Shown here one piece after another: positions 38,600 through 49,020 of a stretch of 64,000 nucleotides of DNA; positions within the stretch are counted from its first letter, which is position 1, and every line of letters begins with the position of its first letter. Source of the stretch: Candidatus Marinacidobacterales bacterium (lineage in GTDB: Bacteria > Acidobacteriota > Vicinamibacteria > Marinacidobacterales > DATDRI01); NCBI GenBank assembly GCA_965226495.1, contig OZ245365.1, positions 3,392,001-3,456,000 on the forward strand, given 5' to 3'. The translations under genes were made by a program, and so were the position numbers. The notes below the pieces were generated by a model. The model worked only from the letters and a program-made list of their open reading frames with translations. It was not told where the DNA came from and made no database searches.

Positions 38600-39441
38600 G
38601 TGTAAAAGCCGCGACCGCTCTTTCGACCTAAGTAGCCTGCATCCACCATCTTCTTGAGAAGTGGACAGGGGCGATACTTCGGATCCCCGAAACCGTCATG
38701 TAGCACGTTCATGATGCTCAGGCAGACGTCAAGCCCGATGAAGTCGGCGAGCGTCAGGGGCCCCATCGGATGGTTCATCCCCAACTTCATGACCGTGTCG
38801 ATTGCTTCGGGCGTGCCCACACCCTCCATGAGCGCGAAGATCGCTTCATTGATTAAAGGCATCAGCACACGATTGGAAACGAAGCCGGGCGCATCGTTGA
38901 CCTCGACCGACGTCTTGCCAAGGTTTTCGGCGAGGCCGCGAGTAAGCTCGTACGTCCCGTCTGAAGTTGCGAGGCCGCGAATGATCTCGACGAGCTTCAT
39001 GACCGGCACCGGGTTCATGAAATGCATGCCGATGAAACGGTCGGCGCGAGACGTCGTCGCAGCGAGCTTGGTGATAGAGATGGAAGACGTGTTCGAAGCG
39101 AGCACCACCTCCGGGCCGACGAGCTTATCGAGCGCACGGAAGAGCTCCTGCTTCGTCTCGAGGTCCTCGATGATGGCCTCGACGACAAAATCAGCGTCCT
39201 TGAGCCCGTCCAGGTCTAACCCCGAGCTGATTCGCTTCTTGGCGCTCTCGGCGACATCAGACGAAAGCTTTCCCTTGTCCACCATTCGCTTGAGATTGCG
39301 CTCGATGTTGGCGACGCCGCGCTCGACGAACTCCGTTTTGACGTCGCGGAGGTAGACGTCGAAGCCGGATTGCGCGAAGACCTGGGCGATGCCGTTGCCC
39401 ATGGTGCCGGCGCCGATGACTCCGATTTTGCGTATGTTCAC
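38587..39441 (-). CDS. hbd: 3-hydroxybutyryl-CoA dehydrogenase
   Basis: [29 protein letters not shown]. Confidence 0.95.
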   Translation of the reverse strand: MNIRKIGVIGAGTMGNGIAQVFAQSGFDVYLRDVKTEFVERGVANIERNLKRMVDKGKLSSDVAESAKKRISSGLDLDGLKDADFVVEAIIEDLETKQELFRALDKLVGPEVVLASNTSSISITKLAATTSRADRFIGMHFMNPVPVMKLVEIIRGLATSDGTYELTRGLAENLGKTSVEVNDAPGFVSNRVLMPLINEAIFALMEGVGTPEAIDTVMKLGMNHPMGPLTLADFIGLDVCLSIMNVLHDGFGDPKYRPCPLLKKMVDAGYLGRKSGRGFYTYSD

Positions 39442-39456
39442 TAGTGCTCCCTTTAC

Positions 39457-39697
39457 TTAGTGCGCGCGGGGCCCCACCCCCAAGCCCTGATGCTTCGTCG
39501 GCTTCGCGACGGCGCATCGGCTCAAGGCTGTGCTCGCGCCCAAAAGACACGGCCGCTTCCCTTGCGCGCCGCACGATGCTTCCGCAATTCCTCGCGGCCG
39601 ACGGGCCTCCGGCCCGTTAGTGCGCGCGGGGCCCCACCCCCTGCGCCCTCACCCTACCCTCTCCCAAAGGGAGAGGGTAACTGCGGCCTTCGGCCCA
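39457..39697. repeat. Composite intergenic repeat: two 25-bp direct repeats, GGCCTYCGGCC hairpins and a REP palindrome
   Basis: TTAGTGCGCGCGGGGCCCCACCCCC at 39457 and 39617; REP at 39646-39677. Confidence 0.75.
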
Positions 39698-40879
39698 TTA
39701 GACTAATTCAACTGCTAAAGCCACGCCGTTGCCGCCGCCCAGACATAAAGCGGCGACGCCACGTTTCGCGTTCCGATCCTTCAGCGCGTAAAGCAGCGTC
39801 GTGAGAACGCGCGCACCGCTCGCGCCAATGGGATGGCCGATAGCCACCGCGCCACCGTTGACGTTGACCTTTGCGGGGTCGAGCTTCAACTCCTTGGTCA
39901 CCGCGCACGCTTGGACGGCGAAGGCCTCGTTGAGCTCGATGAGATCGACGTCGTCCAACTTCCACCCGGTCTTTTCCATAAGCTTCTGGATGGCCGGCAC
40001 CGGGGTCATCATGACCCACTCGGGCTCGAGACCGGAGACGGCCTGTCCCACGATGCGTGCAATGGGTTTGAGATCCATCTGGCGTACCTCGTTCGCCGAA
40101 GCAACCAATAGAGCGGCGGCGCCGTCGTTCATGCCAGGGGCGTTGCCGGCGGTGACGGTTCCGTCGGATTTGAAAACGGGCTTCAATTTCTGAAGCGCCT
40201 CGAGGGAGCTGTCCGCGCGCACTGACTCGTCGTTTTCGAGCAAGACTGGCTTGCCCTTCCGCTGAGGAATCGATACCGGAAGGATCTCGTCCTTGAACTT
40301 CCCTGCTTGAACAGCCTGCGCCGCTTTCTGATGGCTCCCGAGAGCGTACTCGTCCATCTCCCGGCGCCCGACCTCGTACTTCTCCGAAACCAGCTCACCG
40401 GTCATGCCCATGTGGTAATCGTTATAGATCTCCCAGAGGCCATCGTGGACGGTGGCGTCGATGAGCTGTCCGTGCCCGAGCCGCAACCCCTCGCGAGCCC
40501 CTGGAGACAGATAGGGCCCGTTGGACATCGACTCCATGCCTCCGGCAACGATAATGCCGGCGTCGCCCGCGGCAATCGCCTGCCGGGCCAACATGACGGC
40601 CTTCAGACCGGAACCGCATACCTTATTAATGGTCAACGCGCCTACCGCGGCTGGAAGTCCGGCTCCGAGAGCGGCCTGCCGGGCCGGATTCTGCCCCAAC
40701 CCCGCGGAAACCACGTTGCCCATGATCACTTCATCGACCTGCTCTGGCTCGACTCCCGCCCGCGCCACCGCTTCCTTAACGACCATCGCACCGAGCTCCG
40801 TGGCCTTGAACCCTTTGAGAGCTCCGAGAAACTTGCCGCTTGGCGTACGAACGGCGCTAACGATAAATGACTCCTGCAT
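39698..40879 (-). CDS. Acetyl-CoA C-acetyltransferase (thiolase)
   Basis: [27 protein letters not shown]. Confidence 0.96.
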   Translation of the reverse strand: MQESFIVSAVRTPSGKFLGALKGFKATELGAMVVKEAVARAGVEPEQVDEVIMGNVVSAGLGQNPARQAALGAGLPAAVGALTINKVCGSGLKAVMLARQAIAAGDAGIIVAGGMESMSNGPYLSPGAREGLRLGHGQLIDATVHDGLWEIYNDYHMGMTGELVSEKYEVGRREMDEYALGSHQKAAQAVQAGKFKDEILPVSIPQRKGKPVLLENDESVRADSSLEALQKLKPVFKSDGTVTAGNAPGMNDGAAALLVASANEVRQMDLKPIARIVGQAVSGLEPEWVMMTPVPAIQKLMEKTGWKLDDVDLIELNEAFAVQACAVTKELKLDPAKVNVNGGAVAIGHPIGASGARVLTTLLYALKDRNAKRGVAALCLGGGNGVALAVELV

Positions 40880-41358
40880 CAACTCTTCTCCTTGCCAGCC
40901 CGACGTTTTTGAGCAGCCAGATAACGCGAGGCGGTTCCTATCATCGCGTCCCGAAGCCCGGTATCGCCGATACTTTCGGCCGCCTCGAGAATCGCGGACG
41001 AGGGCTCGACCGGCCCGAGGGCGGGCCGCGCCGGCTCCTCTGGCACTCTCGTCGAAAGCGGTTTGCCGTCGATCACGAAGCGAATCCGTTTGACGGCGCG
41101 GAATCCCATCGCCTTGTTCAAGCGCGGGCGAATCTCGTTCTGGAGTTTCATGATCATGCGCCCCCAAGCGACATCCTCGACCCGGACGGTTACGATCCCG
41201 TCGTGGAAGGAAGCCGGCTCCGAGCGCGCCGCCAGCTCGTCGCCTACCGCGGCGGCCCATTTAAGGCCGATCAGCTCCACCGAGAAGACACGGTCACGGC
41301 TTTGGGGCGGCAGCGCCTGCCGGATCAGCTCGGCAACCGAACGTGGACGACTCCTCAT
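40879..41358 (-). CDS. DciA/DUF721-family protein
   Basis: WAAAVG.ELA..SEP...DG.V.V.V....W...; stop overlaps the thiolase start. Confidence 0.75.
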   Translation of the reverse strand: MRSRPRSVAELIRQALPPQSRDRVFSVELIGLKWAAAVGDELAARSEPASFHDGIVTVRVEDVAWGRMIMKLQNEIRPRLNKAMGFRAVKRIRFVIDGKPLSTRVPEEPARPALGPVEPSSAILEAAESIGDTGLRDAMIGTASRYLAAQKRRAGKEKS

Positions 41359-41549
41359 ACCTCTATTATAAGCCTGCCCGACGGCACCACAGTAGCTATC
41401 GCTCTCCTCCCGTTTTCCTGATATAGTGTGCGCGCCTTCCGGAGGGGGGAGCGCGGGATTGCAATCCGGAGTCTTGAAATTCTTCCCTTTCACGAACCTA
41501 TCCTTGAACACCATAACTCTCTCCTGCCCTAGGAACTCGAGGAGGACTC

Positions 41550-42221
41550 ATGGCGCCAAATAAGCCAGACAAGCCAGATAAGGCAGATAAGAAAGAACCC
41601 CGTCCCACAAGCGGCGTGTCTCGCCGCGACTTCCTGAGGGGCAGCGCCGCAGGAGCAGTCAGTACCGGACTTCTTTCAGGCGGTCTGGTGGGAGCCGCGA
41701 CGCAAACGGAGACCGCCGAGCAAGCTGTCGGTATCGCCGGTCCCGGCCCCATCCCGATGGCCTTCCGCATCAATGGAGACCGACACACCGTCAACTTGGA
41801 GCCACGCGTTACGCTCCTCGACGCGCTCCGGAACTACATGGACCTGACCGGAGCAAAGAAGGTCTGCGACCGTGCAACCTGCGGAGCCTGTACGGTTCTC
41901 CTGGATGGAAAACCCGTGTACGCCTGTTCGGTCCTGGCCATCGAAGCCCAGGGCAAAGAGATTCTAACCATCGAGGGACTGGGTACACCGGATCGCATGC
42001 ACCCGCTCCAGTCCGCCTTCGTCGAAAACGACGCGCAGCAATGCGGCTTCTGCACTCCGGGCTTCGTCTTGGCGTGCAAAGCCTTCTTGGACAAGAACAG
42101 CGACCCCACCATGGAGCAGATAGAAAAAGGCCTGGGAGGCAACTTGTGTCGCTGCGGGACCTACATGGGAATCCGCCAAGCCGTCCTGGATGTTGCAGGA
42201 AAAGGAGCGACCAATGGCTGA
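41550..42221 (+). CDS. Tat-exported 2Fe-2S subunit (PaoA-like)
   Basis: SRRDFL Tat motif; CDRATCGACTV, QCGFCTPG, NLCRCG. Confidence 0.93.
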   Translation: MAPNKPDKPDKADKKEPRPTSGVSRRDFLRGSAAGAVSTGLLSGGLVGAATQTETAEQAVGIAGPGPIPMAFRINGDRHTVNLEPRVTLLDALRNYMDLTGAKKVCDRATCGACTVLLDGKPVYACSVLAIEAQGKEILTIEGLGTPDRMHPLQSAFVENDAQQCGFCTPGFVLACKAFLDKNSDPTMEQIEKGLGGNLCRCGTYMGIRQAVLDVAGKGATNG

Positions 42222-44340
42222 GTACACATGGCCAGAAGCCAAAGATCGATCTCTCATCGGAAAGAGAATCACCAGGCTGGACGGGCCGCTCAAGTCGACC
42301 GGAACGGCCAAGTACTCCTTCGACGTGAATCGGCCCGGGATGCTCTTCGCCAAAGTCCTCCGCTCCCCACACGCCCACGCACGCATCACGAGCATCGATG
42401 TCTCGGCTGCGAAGGCGATGCCGGGCGTCAAGGCAGTAAGAGTGATTCAAGATGCCGGCGCAGAGATCCAATGGTCTCTCGATGAAGTTGCGGTCGTGGC
42501 CGCCACCACCGAAGACATCGCCCAGGATGCCGTCGCGGCCATCCAAGTCGAATATGAAGTGCTGCCACACTTCGTAAACGAAGAGGCCCTCACCGCGGCG
42601 CCGGAGACGAAACCGGCCCAGGAAGAGACGACAGGAGATCCAGCCACGGCGATGGCCGCCGCGGAAGTCAAGACCAAGGGTGAGTACGGGACCGCGATGA
42701 TCGCTCACTGCTGCCTCGAATCGCACGGGCAAGTGGCCGAGTGGACCGATGCGGAGCACGTGACGGTCTGGGCCTCGACTCAAAACGTCTCTGGGATACC
42801 AGGGCAGATTGCCGAGAAGGTCGGCATTCCCGCCGCGAACGTACGCTGCATCACCCCGTTCATGGGTGGCGGGTTCGGCAGCAAGTTCAGCGCCGATCGC
42901 TGGGGCATCGAAGGCGTCGAGCTGGCGAGAGAGGCCGGCGCCCCGGTGAAACTGATGCTGGAGCGGGACGCCGAGATCGCGGTGGCAGGAGGCCGACCGT
43001 CGGCGTTTGCAGAAGTCGAAGTCGGAGCCTCCCGAGATGGGACGGTCACCGCATGGTCGTCCAAGTCTTGGGGTACCGGCGGCGTGGGAGGCTCGGGAAC
43101 TCCCCCCATTCCCTACGTCTTCAAGTTCGAGAACCAGACCCACCAGCACACCTCGGTGCCGACCAACGTCGGCGCATCTCGTGCGTGGCGGGCACCCAAC
43201 CACCCGCAGGGCTGTCTCATCACGATGTCGGCCCTCGAAGACATGGCCGCCAAGCTGAACATGGATCCGCTCGACCTCTTCAGGAAAAACATCTCCACCG
43301 CCGGCGAGAGGGCCTCGGTATACGAAGAGGAGCTAGGGAAAGCGGCCGAGCTGATCGACTGGAAACGCAACTGGCACCCCCGTGGGGCTGGAAGCGGTCA
43401 GGTGAGAAGAGGCCTGGGACTTGCACTGCACACCTGGGGCGGACGAGCGCACCGCAGCAACTGCGAAGTCATCGTCTACCCGGATGGTCTGGTCGAAGCG
43501 AAGCTCGGGAGCCAGGACTTGGGTACGGGGACGATCACGGTGATCGCGATCGTCCTAGCCGAGACGTTCGGCATTCCGCTCCAGTGGACGAAGGTCGCTC
43601 TCGGCGATAGCCACTATCCGGCCTCGGGTCCCTCCGGAGGAAGCACGACTGTGGGCGGCGTGAGCTCGTCGACGCGTCGGGGAGCCATGGACGCACGACA
43701 ACAGCTCTTCGAGCGCGTCGCTCCGTACCTCGAGGCAACCGCCGATGAGCTGGAAGCCAAGGACGGATCGGTCCGGGTCAAGGGCGCTCCTAACCGGAGC
43801 ATGACCTGGAAGGAAGCCGCGGCCAAGCTCGGCGTCAACCCCATCACCGCATCCGGCAGCAACCCCGGTCCGGGGAAACTCAACGACAGCGGTGTGGGCG
43901 GCGTCCAAATGGCGGATGTTTCGGTCGACATGGAAACCGGCGTGGTCAAGATCAATAAGATGGTGGCGGTTCAAGACTGTGGCCTCATCATCAATATAAA
44001 GACCGCCGAGAGCCAGGTCTACGGCGCGCTTATCATGGGAGTCACCTATGCGCTCACCGAGGAGAAGATCTTCGACCCCGTGACCGGCCAGCTGCTGAAC
44101 GGCGACATGGAGTTCTACAAGCTGGCGGGAATCGGCGACGTCGGTGAGCTCGTCGTTCACATGATGACGGGCCCGGGCTACGACGAGCGAGGCGTCATCG
44201 GGCTCGGTGAGCCTCCGGTCATTTCTCCGGGAGCGGCCATCTCGAATGCGGTAGCCAACGCCATCGGCGTCCGCGTACCGAACTTGCCTTTGACGGCCAA
44301 TCGGGTCATTGCGGCTTTGGAAAAAGGAGGGGTGAGCTGA
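42214..44340 (+). CDS. Xanthine-oxidase-family molybdopterin subunit (PaoC-like)
   Basis: RSPHAHA, MGGGFGSK, WRAP, QDLGTG, GGSTT, GLGEP. Confidence 0.92.
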   Translation: MAEYTWPEAKDRSLIGKRITRLDGPLKSTGTAKYSFDVNRPGMLFAKVLRSPHAHARITSIDVSAAKAMPGVKAVRVIQDAGAEIQWSLDEVAVVAATTEDIAQDAVAAIQVEYEVLPHFVNEEALTAAPETKPAQEETTGDPATAMAAAEVKTKGEYGTAMIAHCCLESHGQVAEWTDAEHVTVWASTQNVSGIPGQIAEKVGIPAANVRCITPFMGGGFGSKFSADRWGIEGVELAREAGAPVKLMLERDAEIAVAGGRPSAFAEVEVGASRDGTVTAWSSKSWGTGGVGGSGTPPIPYVFKFENQTHQHTSVPTNVGASRAWRAPNHPQGCLITMSALEDMAAKLNMDPLDLFRKNISTAGERASVYEEELGKAAELIDWKRNWHPRGAGSGQVRRGLGLALHTWGGRAHRSNCEVIVYPDGLVEAKLGSQDLGTGTITVIAIVLAETFGIPLQWTKVALGDSHYPASGPSGGSTTVGGVSSSTRRGAMDARQQLFERVAPYLEATADELEAKDGSVRVKGAPNRSMTWKEAAAKLGVNPITASGSNPGPGKLNDSGVGGVQMADVSVDMETGVVKINKMVAVQDCGLIINIKTAESQVYGALIMGVTYALTEEKIFDPVTGQLLNGDMEFYKLAGIGDVGELVVHMMTGPGYDERGVIGLGEPPVISPGAAISNAVANAIGVRVPNLPLTANRVIAALEKGGVS

Positions 44341-45326
44341 TGAACGCCTTTGAGTATGCAAGTCCCTCGACCAAAAAGGACGCGGTAGAGCTCCTTTCCG
44401 AAAAACCCGACAAGACAGTCGTGCTGGCCGGCGGCACGGATCTGCTGAGCCTGATGAAGGACAACGTGGCGGCGCCGGAGCGCGTGGTCAACATCAAGTC
44501 GATCGACGAGCTCGGCGGAATCAGCTACGACACCAATCACGGGCTGCGCATCGGAGCGCTGGTCACGTTGGACGAGCTCGTTGGGGACGCGCAGGTGCAA
44601 GAAGACTACCCGTCACTCGTGCAGGCGATCGACGGAATCCGAAGCCCGCAACTCCAAAGCACGGGCACGGTGACCGGTGAGCTCTGTCAACGTCCCCGCT
44701 GCTGGTATTACCGGAGCGGCTTTGGACTGCTCGCCATGCAAAACGGCAAGTCCATGGTGCTGGAGGGAGACAACCGCTACCACGCCATCCTCGGTAACGC
44801 GGGCCCGGCTTACTTCGTCAACCCCTCGAGCATGGCGCCGGCACTCATTGCTCTCGGGGCCTACCTCAAGATCTATGGGCCCAACGGCGAGCGAGACGCT
44901 CCGCTCGAAAAGTTCTATCGCGTCCCGAAAACGGATGGAGAAAAGGAATACAACTTGGCGTCGAACGAAATCGTGACCGACATCCTGCTCCCACCCGTCG
45001 AGGGCCACGCCAATGCGACGTATGAGGTTCGCCAGAAGGAAGCGTTGGATTGGCCGCTCGCCGCGGCGGCGGTGTCGCTCGAGATACGAGGGGGCAAAGT
45101 GCGAGCGGCACGGGTGGTTCTCGGGCATGTCGCGCCCACGCCATGGGCTTCCTCCGCAGCCGAGAAAGCTATCACGGGGAAGACGCCCGACGAGGCCAAT
45201 GCCGAGAAGGCCGGCCAAGCGGCGGTCCAGGGGGCGAAGCCGCTCAGCATGAACGGCTACAAGGTTCGACTGGCCCGGGTGGCGGTGAAGCGAGCCATCC
45301 TACGGGCAGGCGGGAAGGAGGTTTAA
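44340..45326 (+). CDS. FAD-binding subunit (PaoB-like)
   Basis: LAGGTDL, QRPRCWYYR, HAILG, GHVAPTPW, PLSMNGYK. Confidence 0.92.
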   Translation: MNAFEYASPSTKKDAVELLSEKPDKTVVLAGGTDLLSLMKDNVAAPERVVNIKSIDELGGISYDTNHGLRIGALVTLDELVGDAQVQEDYPSLVQAIDGIRSPQLQSTGTVTGELCQRPRCWYYRSGFGLLAMQNGKSMVLEGDNRYHAILGNAGPAYFVNPSSMAPALIALGAYLKIYGPNGERDAPLEKFYRVPKTDGEKEYNLASNEIVTDILLPPVEGHANATYEVRQKEALDWPLAAAAVSLEIRGGKVRAARVVLGHVAPTPWASSAAEKAITGKTPDEANAEKAGQAAVQGAKPLSMNGYKVRLARVAVKRAILRAGGKEV

Positions 45327-45327
45327 G

Positions 45328-45564
45328 ATGGCCATGGACTTCGTGTCGACCGCTCGACAATCTCAGCTGGCTCAGCAGGCTCAGCAGTGCCAGCGTCTTC
45401 GCTCGAAGGGCATGTTCATCGAAGTGGAGCCCGATCCGACGGTGACCCACACCAGCGACGGGTTCTTCTGGTGTACCCACACCATGAACTGCCTCGGCCC
45501 GGACGGCCAAGTGGCGGATCGTGACTCCTGCCAAGCCGGCCGGAGGTGCTTCGAAGCGCGCTAG
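45328..45564 (+). CDS. Small Cys-rich protein (5 Cys)
   Basis: AGGAGG RBS, 1 nt after the FAD-subunit stop; C..LRSK...FWC..T..CLGPD...C...C. Confidence 0.75.
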   Translation: MAMDFVSTARQSQLAQQAQQCQRLRSKGMFIEVEPDPTVTHTSDGFFWCTHTMNCLGPDGQVADRDSCQAGRRCFEAR

Positions 45565-45614
45565 TTATTTTGCTAATATAGGTCTAAGCAATTCTGGCTG
45601 AAAGGAGTGTCTCA

Positions 45615-46277
45615 ATGAAGAGGATGTTCTTGGCTTTCGCACTTGCCGTGCTATTGGTGCCGGTGGCGGTCAGCGCAAACGGCGGTATTCGCGGTGACTA
45701 TCTCGAGATCCGAACCTCGGATGTCTACACCGGACCCTGCTTCGCCAACGCCGAGGTGAACTTGACCGGCCGCGAGGCCGTCATCGCTTGGAAGGTACGC
45801 GAGGGTAGCTGGCAGGGCGTGAACCTCGCGGGGCTGACCGTTGTCGCGGTCGTGAAGGCCAAGTCGACTCTGGGCGATCCGTACGAGAATCCCTACCCGG
45901 CGCGCTCCGTCATCATCGTCGACGAGAATGCAGACTCGCAGCAAGAGAGGGCGCTCGTGGACTTCGCTCGTTCCGCAGGTGGCGAGCTCCTGGCAAACGT
46001 CGTGAAAATCAACAAGACGACGATCGAAACGGACTTCGGCGGCGAACAAGGGCACGCAAGTGTCAAAGCCGGCGAGCTCGTCGATCTGAAGACTCGCGCC
46101 TTGAACGACAAGGATCACATGTGTGGGAACGAGATCGTTTATTATCCGCCGCTGACCGAAGTTTCGAACGCGATCCCGGCGTACACGCTCGCTCATGCCT
46201 TTCGGGGCGACGAGCTGAACTCAACCTGGAGCTGCCCCCTCAAAAGGAGCGCTTTCGTGGCCGAGTTCTCGCGGTAG
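45615..46277 (+). CDS. Secreted DUF1326-like protein
   Basis: Signal peptide; GDYLE.RTSDVYTGPCFAN, CGNE..YYPPL. Confidence 0.7.
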   Translation: MKRMFLAFALAVLLVPVAVSANGGIRGDYLEIRTSDVYTGPCFANAEVNLTGREAVIAWKVREGSWQGVNLAGLTVVAVVKAKSTLGDPYENPYPARSVIIVDENADSQQERALVDFARSAGGELLANVVKINKTTIETDFGGEQGHASVKAGELVDLKTRALNDKDHMCGNEIVYYPPLTEVSNAIPAYTLAHAFRGDELNSTWSCPLKRSAFVAEFSR

Positions 46278-46300
46278 GTAGGACGTCTTTAGAAACACCT

Positions 46301-46330
46301 GGGCTCACCCTTTGGGTGAGCCCTTTTTTT
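46301..46330 (+). terminator. Intrinsic terminator
   Basis: GGGCTCACCC-ttt-GGGTGAGCCC-TTTTTTT. Confidence 0.85.
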
Positions 46331-46345
46331 GAGAAGAGGACTCAC

Positions 46346-46999
46346 ATGCGCTTAAGTACTCTCATGGGTATCATCCTGGTCGCGTGCGTCACCACCGCGT
46401 TCGCAGCCGAGCCAAGCCTGACATCCATCGAAGAAGCTCCCCCCGACGAGGCCTCTGCCGCGGTTCGCGAATCCCTCGGAAGCCAAGCGTTCCGCATCCT
46501 TTCGGGTGAGAAGGTTCTCATGGAGCTCTGGTTGCGAAGCGAGATCCCGGTGAAGGAGCAGAGCGGCAGCGGTGATCTCGGTGTAAGCTTCGGGGATCTC
46601 AAGCCAGGGACGCTGATCGGGGTGGTTCACTTCCCGGAAGAGTGGGCGGACTACAAGAACAATCCGATCAGCGCGGGCGTTTATACGCTGAGATACGGAA
46701 TCCAACCCGCGGATGGCAACCACATGGGGGTCTCGCAGTACCGCGATTTTGTGTTGTTGCTGCCAGTGGCCTCGGACGCGGAGGTCGAAACATCTCTTGG
46801 GCAAGCTGAGCTGGTGGTGCAGAGCTACGCCTCCACCGGAAAACCGCACCCGGGAGTTATGGGACTCTTTCCACTCTATGAAGACGCCCCGGAGCCTAAG
46901 CTGATACGGAACGAAATGGATCAGTGGACGCTCGCCGTCGACCGCGGCGCCCTGAAGATGGGCCTCGTCGTCGAGGGCCACGGCGAGCTGGAGGGCTAA
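46346..46999 (+). CDS. Secreted hypothetical protein
   Basis: GAGGA RBS, signal peptide, GVYTLRY.IQPADGNHMGVS.YRDF. Confidence 0.75.
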   Translation: MRLSTLMGIILVACVTTAFAAEPSLTSIEEAPPDEASAAVRESLGSQAFRILSGEKVLMELWLRSEIPVKEQSGSGDLGVSFGDLKPGTLIGVVHFPEEWADYKNNPISAGVYTLRYGIQPADGNHMGVSQYRDFVLLLPVASDAEVETSLGQAELVVQSYASTGKPHPGVMGLFPLYEDAPEPKLIRNEMDQWTLAVDRGALKMGLVVEGHGELEG

Positions 47000-47004
47000 C
47001 GAAA

Positions 47005-47589
47005 CTGATTGGAGCCCTCATCCTCGCGGCCGGTGAGTCCCGCCGCATGGGCTCACCGAAACCTCTACTGCCTTTCGGTGAGACGACCTTTCTCGGTCAT
47101 CTGCTCGAACAATTCCTCACCTCCCGAGCCAGCCCTGTGGTGGTCGTTCTCGGCCACGAAGCCGATGCGGTTCTCGCCCAAGTGCCGCTCGGCGAGGCCG
47201 GTGCGGTGGTGAACCCGGATTACCGCCAAGGCATGCTATCCACGATCCGTGCGGGGTTGCGGGCGCTTCAGCACGAGTCGGTTGCGGGCGCGCTCATATG
47301 CCCGGTTGACCATCCTCAAGTCAGCGCCGCTTTGGTCGATCTTCTCATTGGCCGATTCGAAGAAACCAAGGCGCCCATCGTGATTCCCGTACATCACGGA
47401 CGCCGCGGCCACCCCGTGCTTTTTTCTCAGACGCTTTTCGAAGAAATCCAGGACGCGCCGGACAAGGTAGGTGCCCGACAGGTGGTCTGGGACCACGCAA
47501 ACGAACTACTAGAGGTCTCGACCGAAGATCGGGGTATCATCGCGGATATCGATACCCCCGAGCAGTACAAGGATCTTATGGGCTCGTGA
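47005..47589 (+). CDS. mocA: Molybdenum cofactor cytidylyltransferase-like nucleotidyltransferase
   Basis: ILAAGESRRMGSPK, VNPDY..GM, DHP, GHPVLF, DIDT; CTG start inferred. Confidence 0.8.
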   Translation: MIGALILAAGESRRMGSPKPLLPFGETTFLGHLLEQFLTSRASPVVVVLGHEADAVLAQVPLGEAGAVVNPDYRQGMLSTIRAGLRALQHESVAGALICPVDHPQVSAALVDLLIGRFEETKAPIVIPVHHGRRGHPVLFSQTLFEEIQDAPDKVGARQVVWDHANELLEVSTEDRGIIADIDTPEQYKDLMGS

Positions 47590-47611
47590 TGACAGCCCCC
47601 TAGGAGGACAT

Positions 47612-48385
47612 GTGGCACGTACTCTCGCCGACTTAACCCTCAGACTGACGCGGGAGCTCTCGATGCTCCAAGCTCGTTGCGCCAAGGAGGTCGATCAGGT
47701 GGAGCGATCGCGCGACCGAGCGCTGGCGAAGATCGGCTCCCTCGAGGGCGCCCTCAAACGCTATGACGCGGGGCTAGCCAAAGCGAAAGAGACGCAATGG
47801 AAGGCCGCGCAGAAGGCCAATGACATCCGCGACAAGGAGACCTCCGCCTCCGAAGAGGCCCGCGGTCCGGCCATGACGAGGGCGGAACGGAAATACCGTC
47901 AGGCGAATGTTCAGGCTTTCAGAGGCAGGGATAGAACCCTCCGCAAAGCGAAAGCGGCTCGCCAGACCGATCGCCGGAAAACACGGGGGCGTCCACTGTC
48001 GCAGCATCGTGCCATTCGAAAGGCGGCCGACCGGGCTTTCGAGGAGGCGGTCGAAGAAGCGCGAGAGTCCTATCAGACCTCCATAGAGAAGACACGCCTC
48101 GCGTATCAGTCGGCGCTCCAGAAGATTCTGGAGGACGAAAGGCTCGCCGTCGAGAAGGCGACTCGCAAGGCAGATCGTGTGGTCTCGAACGCGGCGGTGG
48201 CCTACGAGCGGGCCATGGCCTTCGAAGAGGCCAGGATGAGGAGACAAACCAGCAAAGATGAGAAAGCGCGCGGTGTTCAGGAACAATTCGATCGTCGACT
48301 CTCGCAAATCTTGAGGAGCTGCGACCGAAAAAAAGAAGTGCTCTTCAGAAAATTCTCCCAGGACCGCAAGAAGCTCAAGGCCTGA
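47612..48385 (+). CDS. Basic coiled-coil hypothetical protein
   Basis: GGAGG RBS; Ala/Arg/Lys/Glu-rich helical sequence. Confidence 0.65.
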   Translation: MARTLADLTLRLTRELSMLQARCAKEVDQVERSRDRALAKIGSLEGALKRYDAGLAKAKETQWKAAQKANDIRDKETSASEEARGPAMTRAERKYRQANVQAFRGRDRTLRKAKAARQTDRRKTRGRPLSQHRAIRKAADRAFEEAVEEARESYQTSIEKTRLAYQSALQKILEDERLAVEKATRKADRVVSNAAVAYERAMAFEEARMRRQTSKDEKARGVQEQFDRRLSQILRSCDRKKEVLFRKFSQDRKKLKA

Positions 48386-48430
48386 CAACTTGACAACCTG
48401 ACGACTCGACGACTCGACGACTCGACGACG
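48383..48430. repeat. Degenerate octamer tandem repeat (TGACAACT to CGACGACT, six units)
   Basis: Directly visible between genes. Confidence 0.6.
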
Positions 48431-48438
48431 ACCAGGGC

Positions 48439-49020
48439 GTGAAAAACTCCTCCTTGATCCTGGCCTCGACCTCTCCCCGCCGGAGCTTTTACCTCAAGCA
48501 ACTCGGCGTCTCCTTCCGGAAAGCCGTTCCGAACGTGGAGGAGCGCCCCTTCCGCGGTGAAGCGCCGCGCGCCTTCGTCCGGCGTATGGCTCTAGAGAAA
48601 GCCCGCGACGTCGCCAAGCGCCGGCCGCGCGACTGGGTGTTGGCTGCGGACACCGTTGTGATCTTGGACGGACACATTTTTGGAAAACCGAAAGACGAAC
48701 GTCACGCCCGGCGAATGCTGCGAAGACTCTCTGGTCGCGCCCATCAAGTCATGAGCGGGATGGCGTTGGTGTCACAATCCGCGGGTCGCGCGCTTTCGAG
48801 AGTTTCGCTCACGCAAGTCCGATTACGAGAGATCGGACCGGACGAGATCCGGTGGTATGTACAAACCGGCGAGCCTGCCGACAAGGCGGGGGCCTATGCG
48901 ATTCAAGGCAAGGGTGGGATCTTCATCAAGGGCATCACCGGCTCGCCGTCGAACGTCGCCGGTTTTCCGGTCGAAGTGTTCTACGAGCTGATGCAAAAGG
49001 CGGGCCTTAGACTATCCTAA
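48439..49020 (+). CDS. maf: Maf-family nucleotide pyrophosphatase
   Basis: LILASTSPRR, AADTVV, GKP, DKAGAYAIQG. Confidence 0.95.
   Translation: MKNSSLILASTSPRRSFYLKQLGVSFRKAVPNVEERPFRGEAPRAFVRRMALEKARDVAKRRPRDWVLAADTVVILDGHIFGKPKDERHARRMLRRLSGRAHQVMSGMALVSQSAGRALSRVSLTQVRLREIGPDEIRWYVQTGEPADKAGAYAIQGKGGIFIKGITGSPSNVAGFPVEVFYELMQKAGLRLS

Noticed and set aside
41809-43203. 464-aa antisense ORF and other long shadow ORFs (e.g. 13994-14890, 43555-44361)
   Set aside because: They overlap well-supported genes and are typical high-GC frame artefacts
48383-48430. Short tandem repeats as a CRISPR array
   Set aside because: 8-bp degenerate units with no spacers; no cas genes in the window
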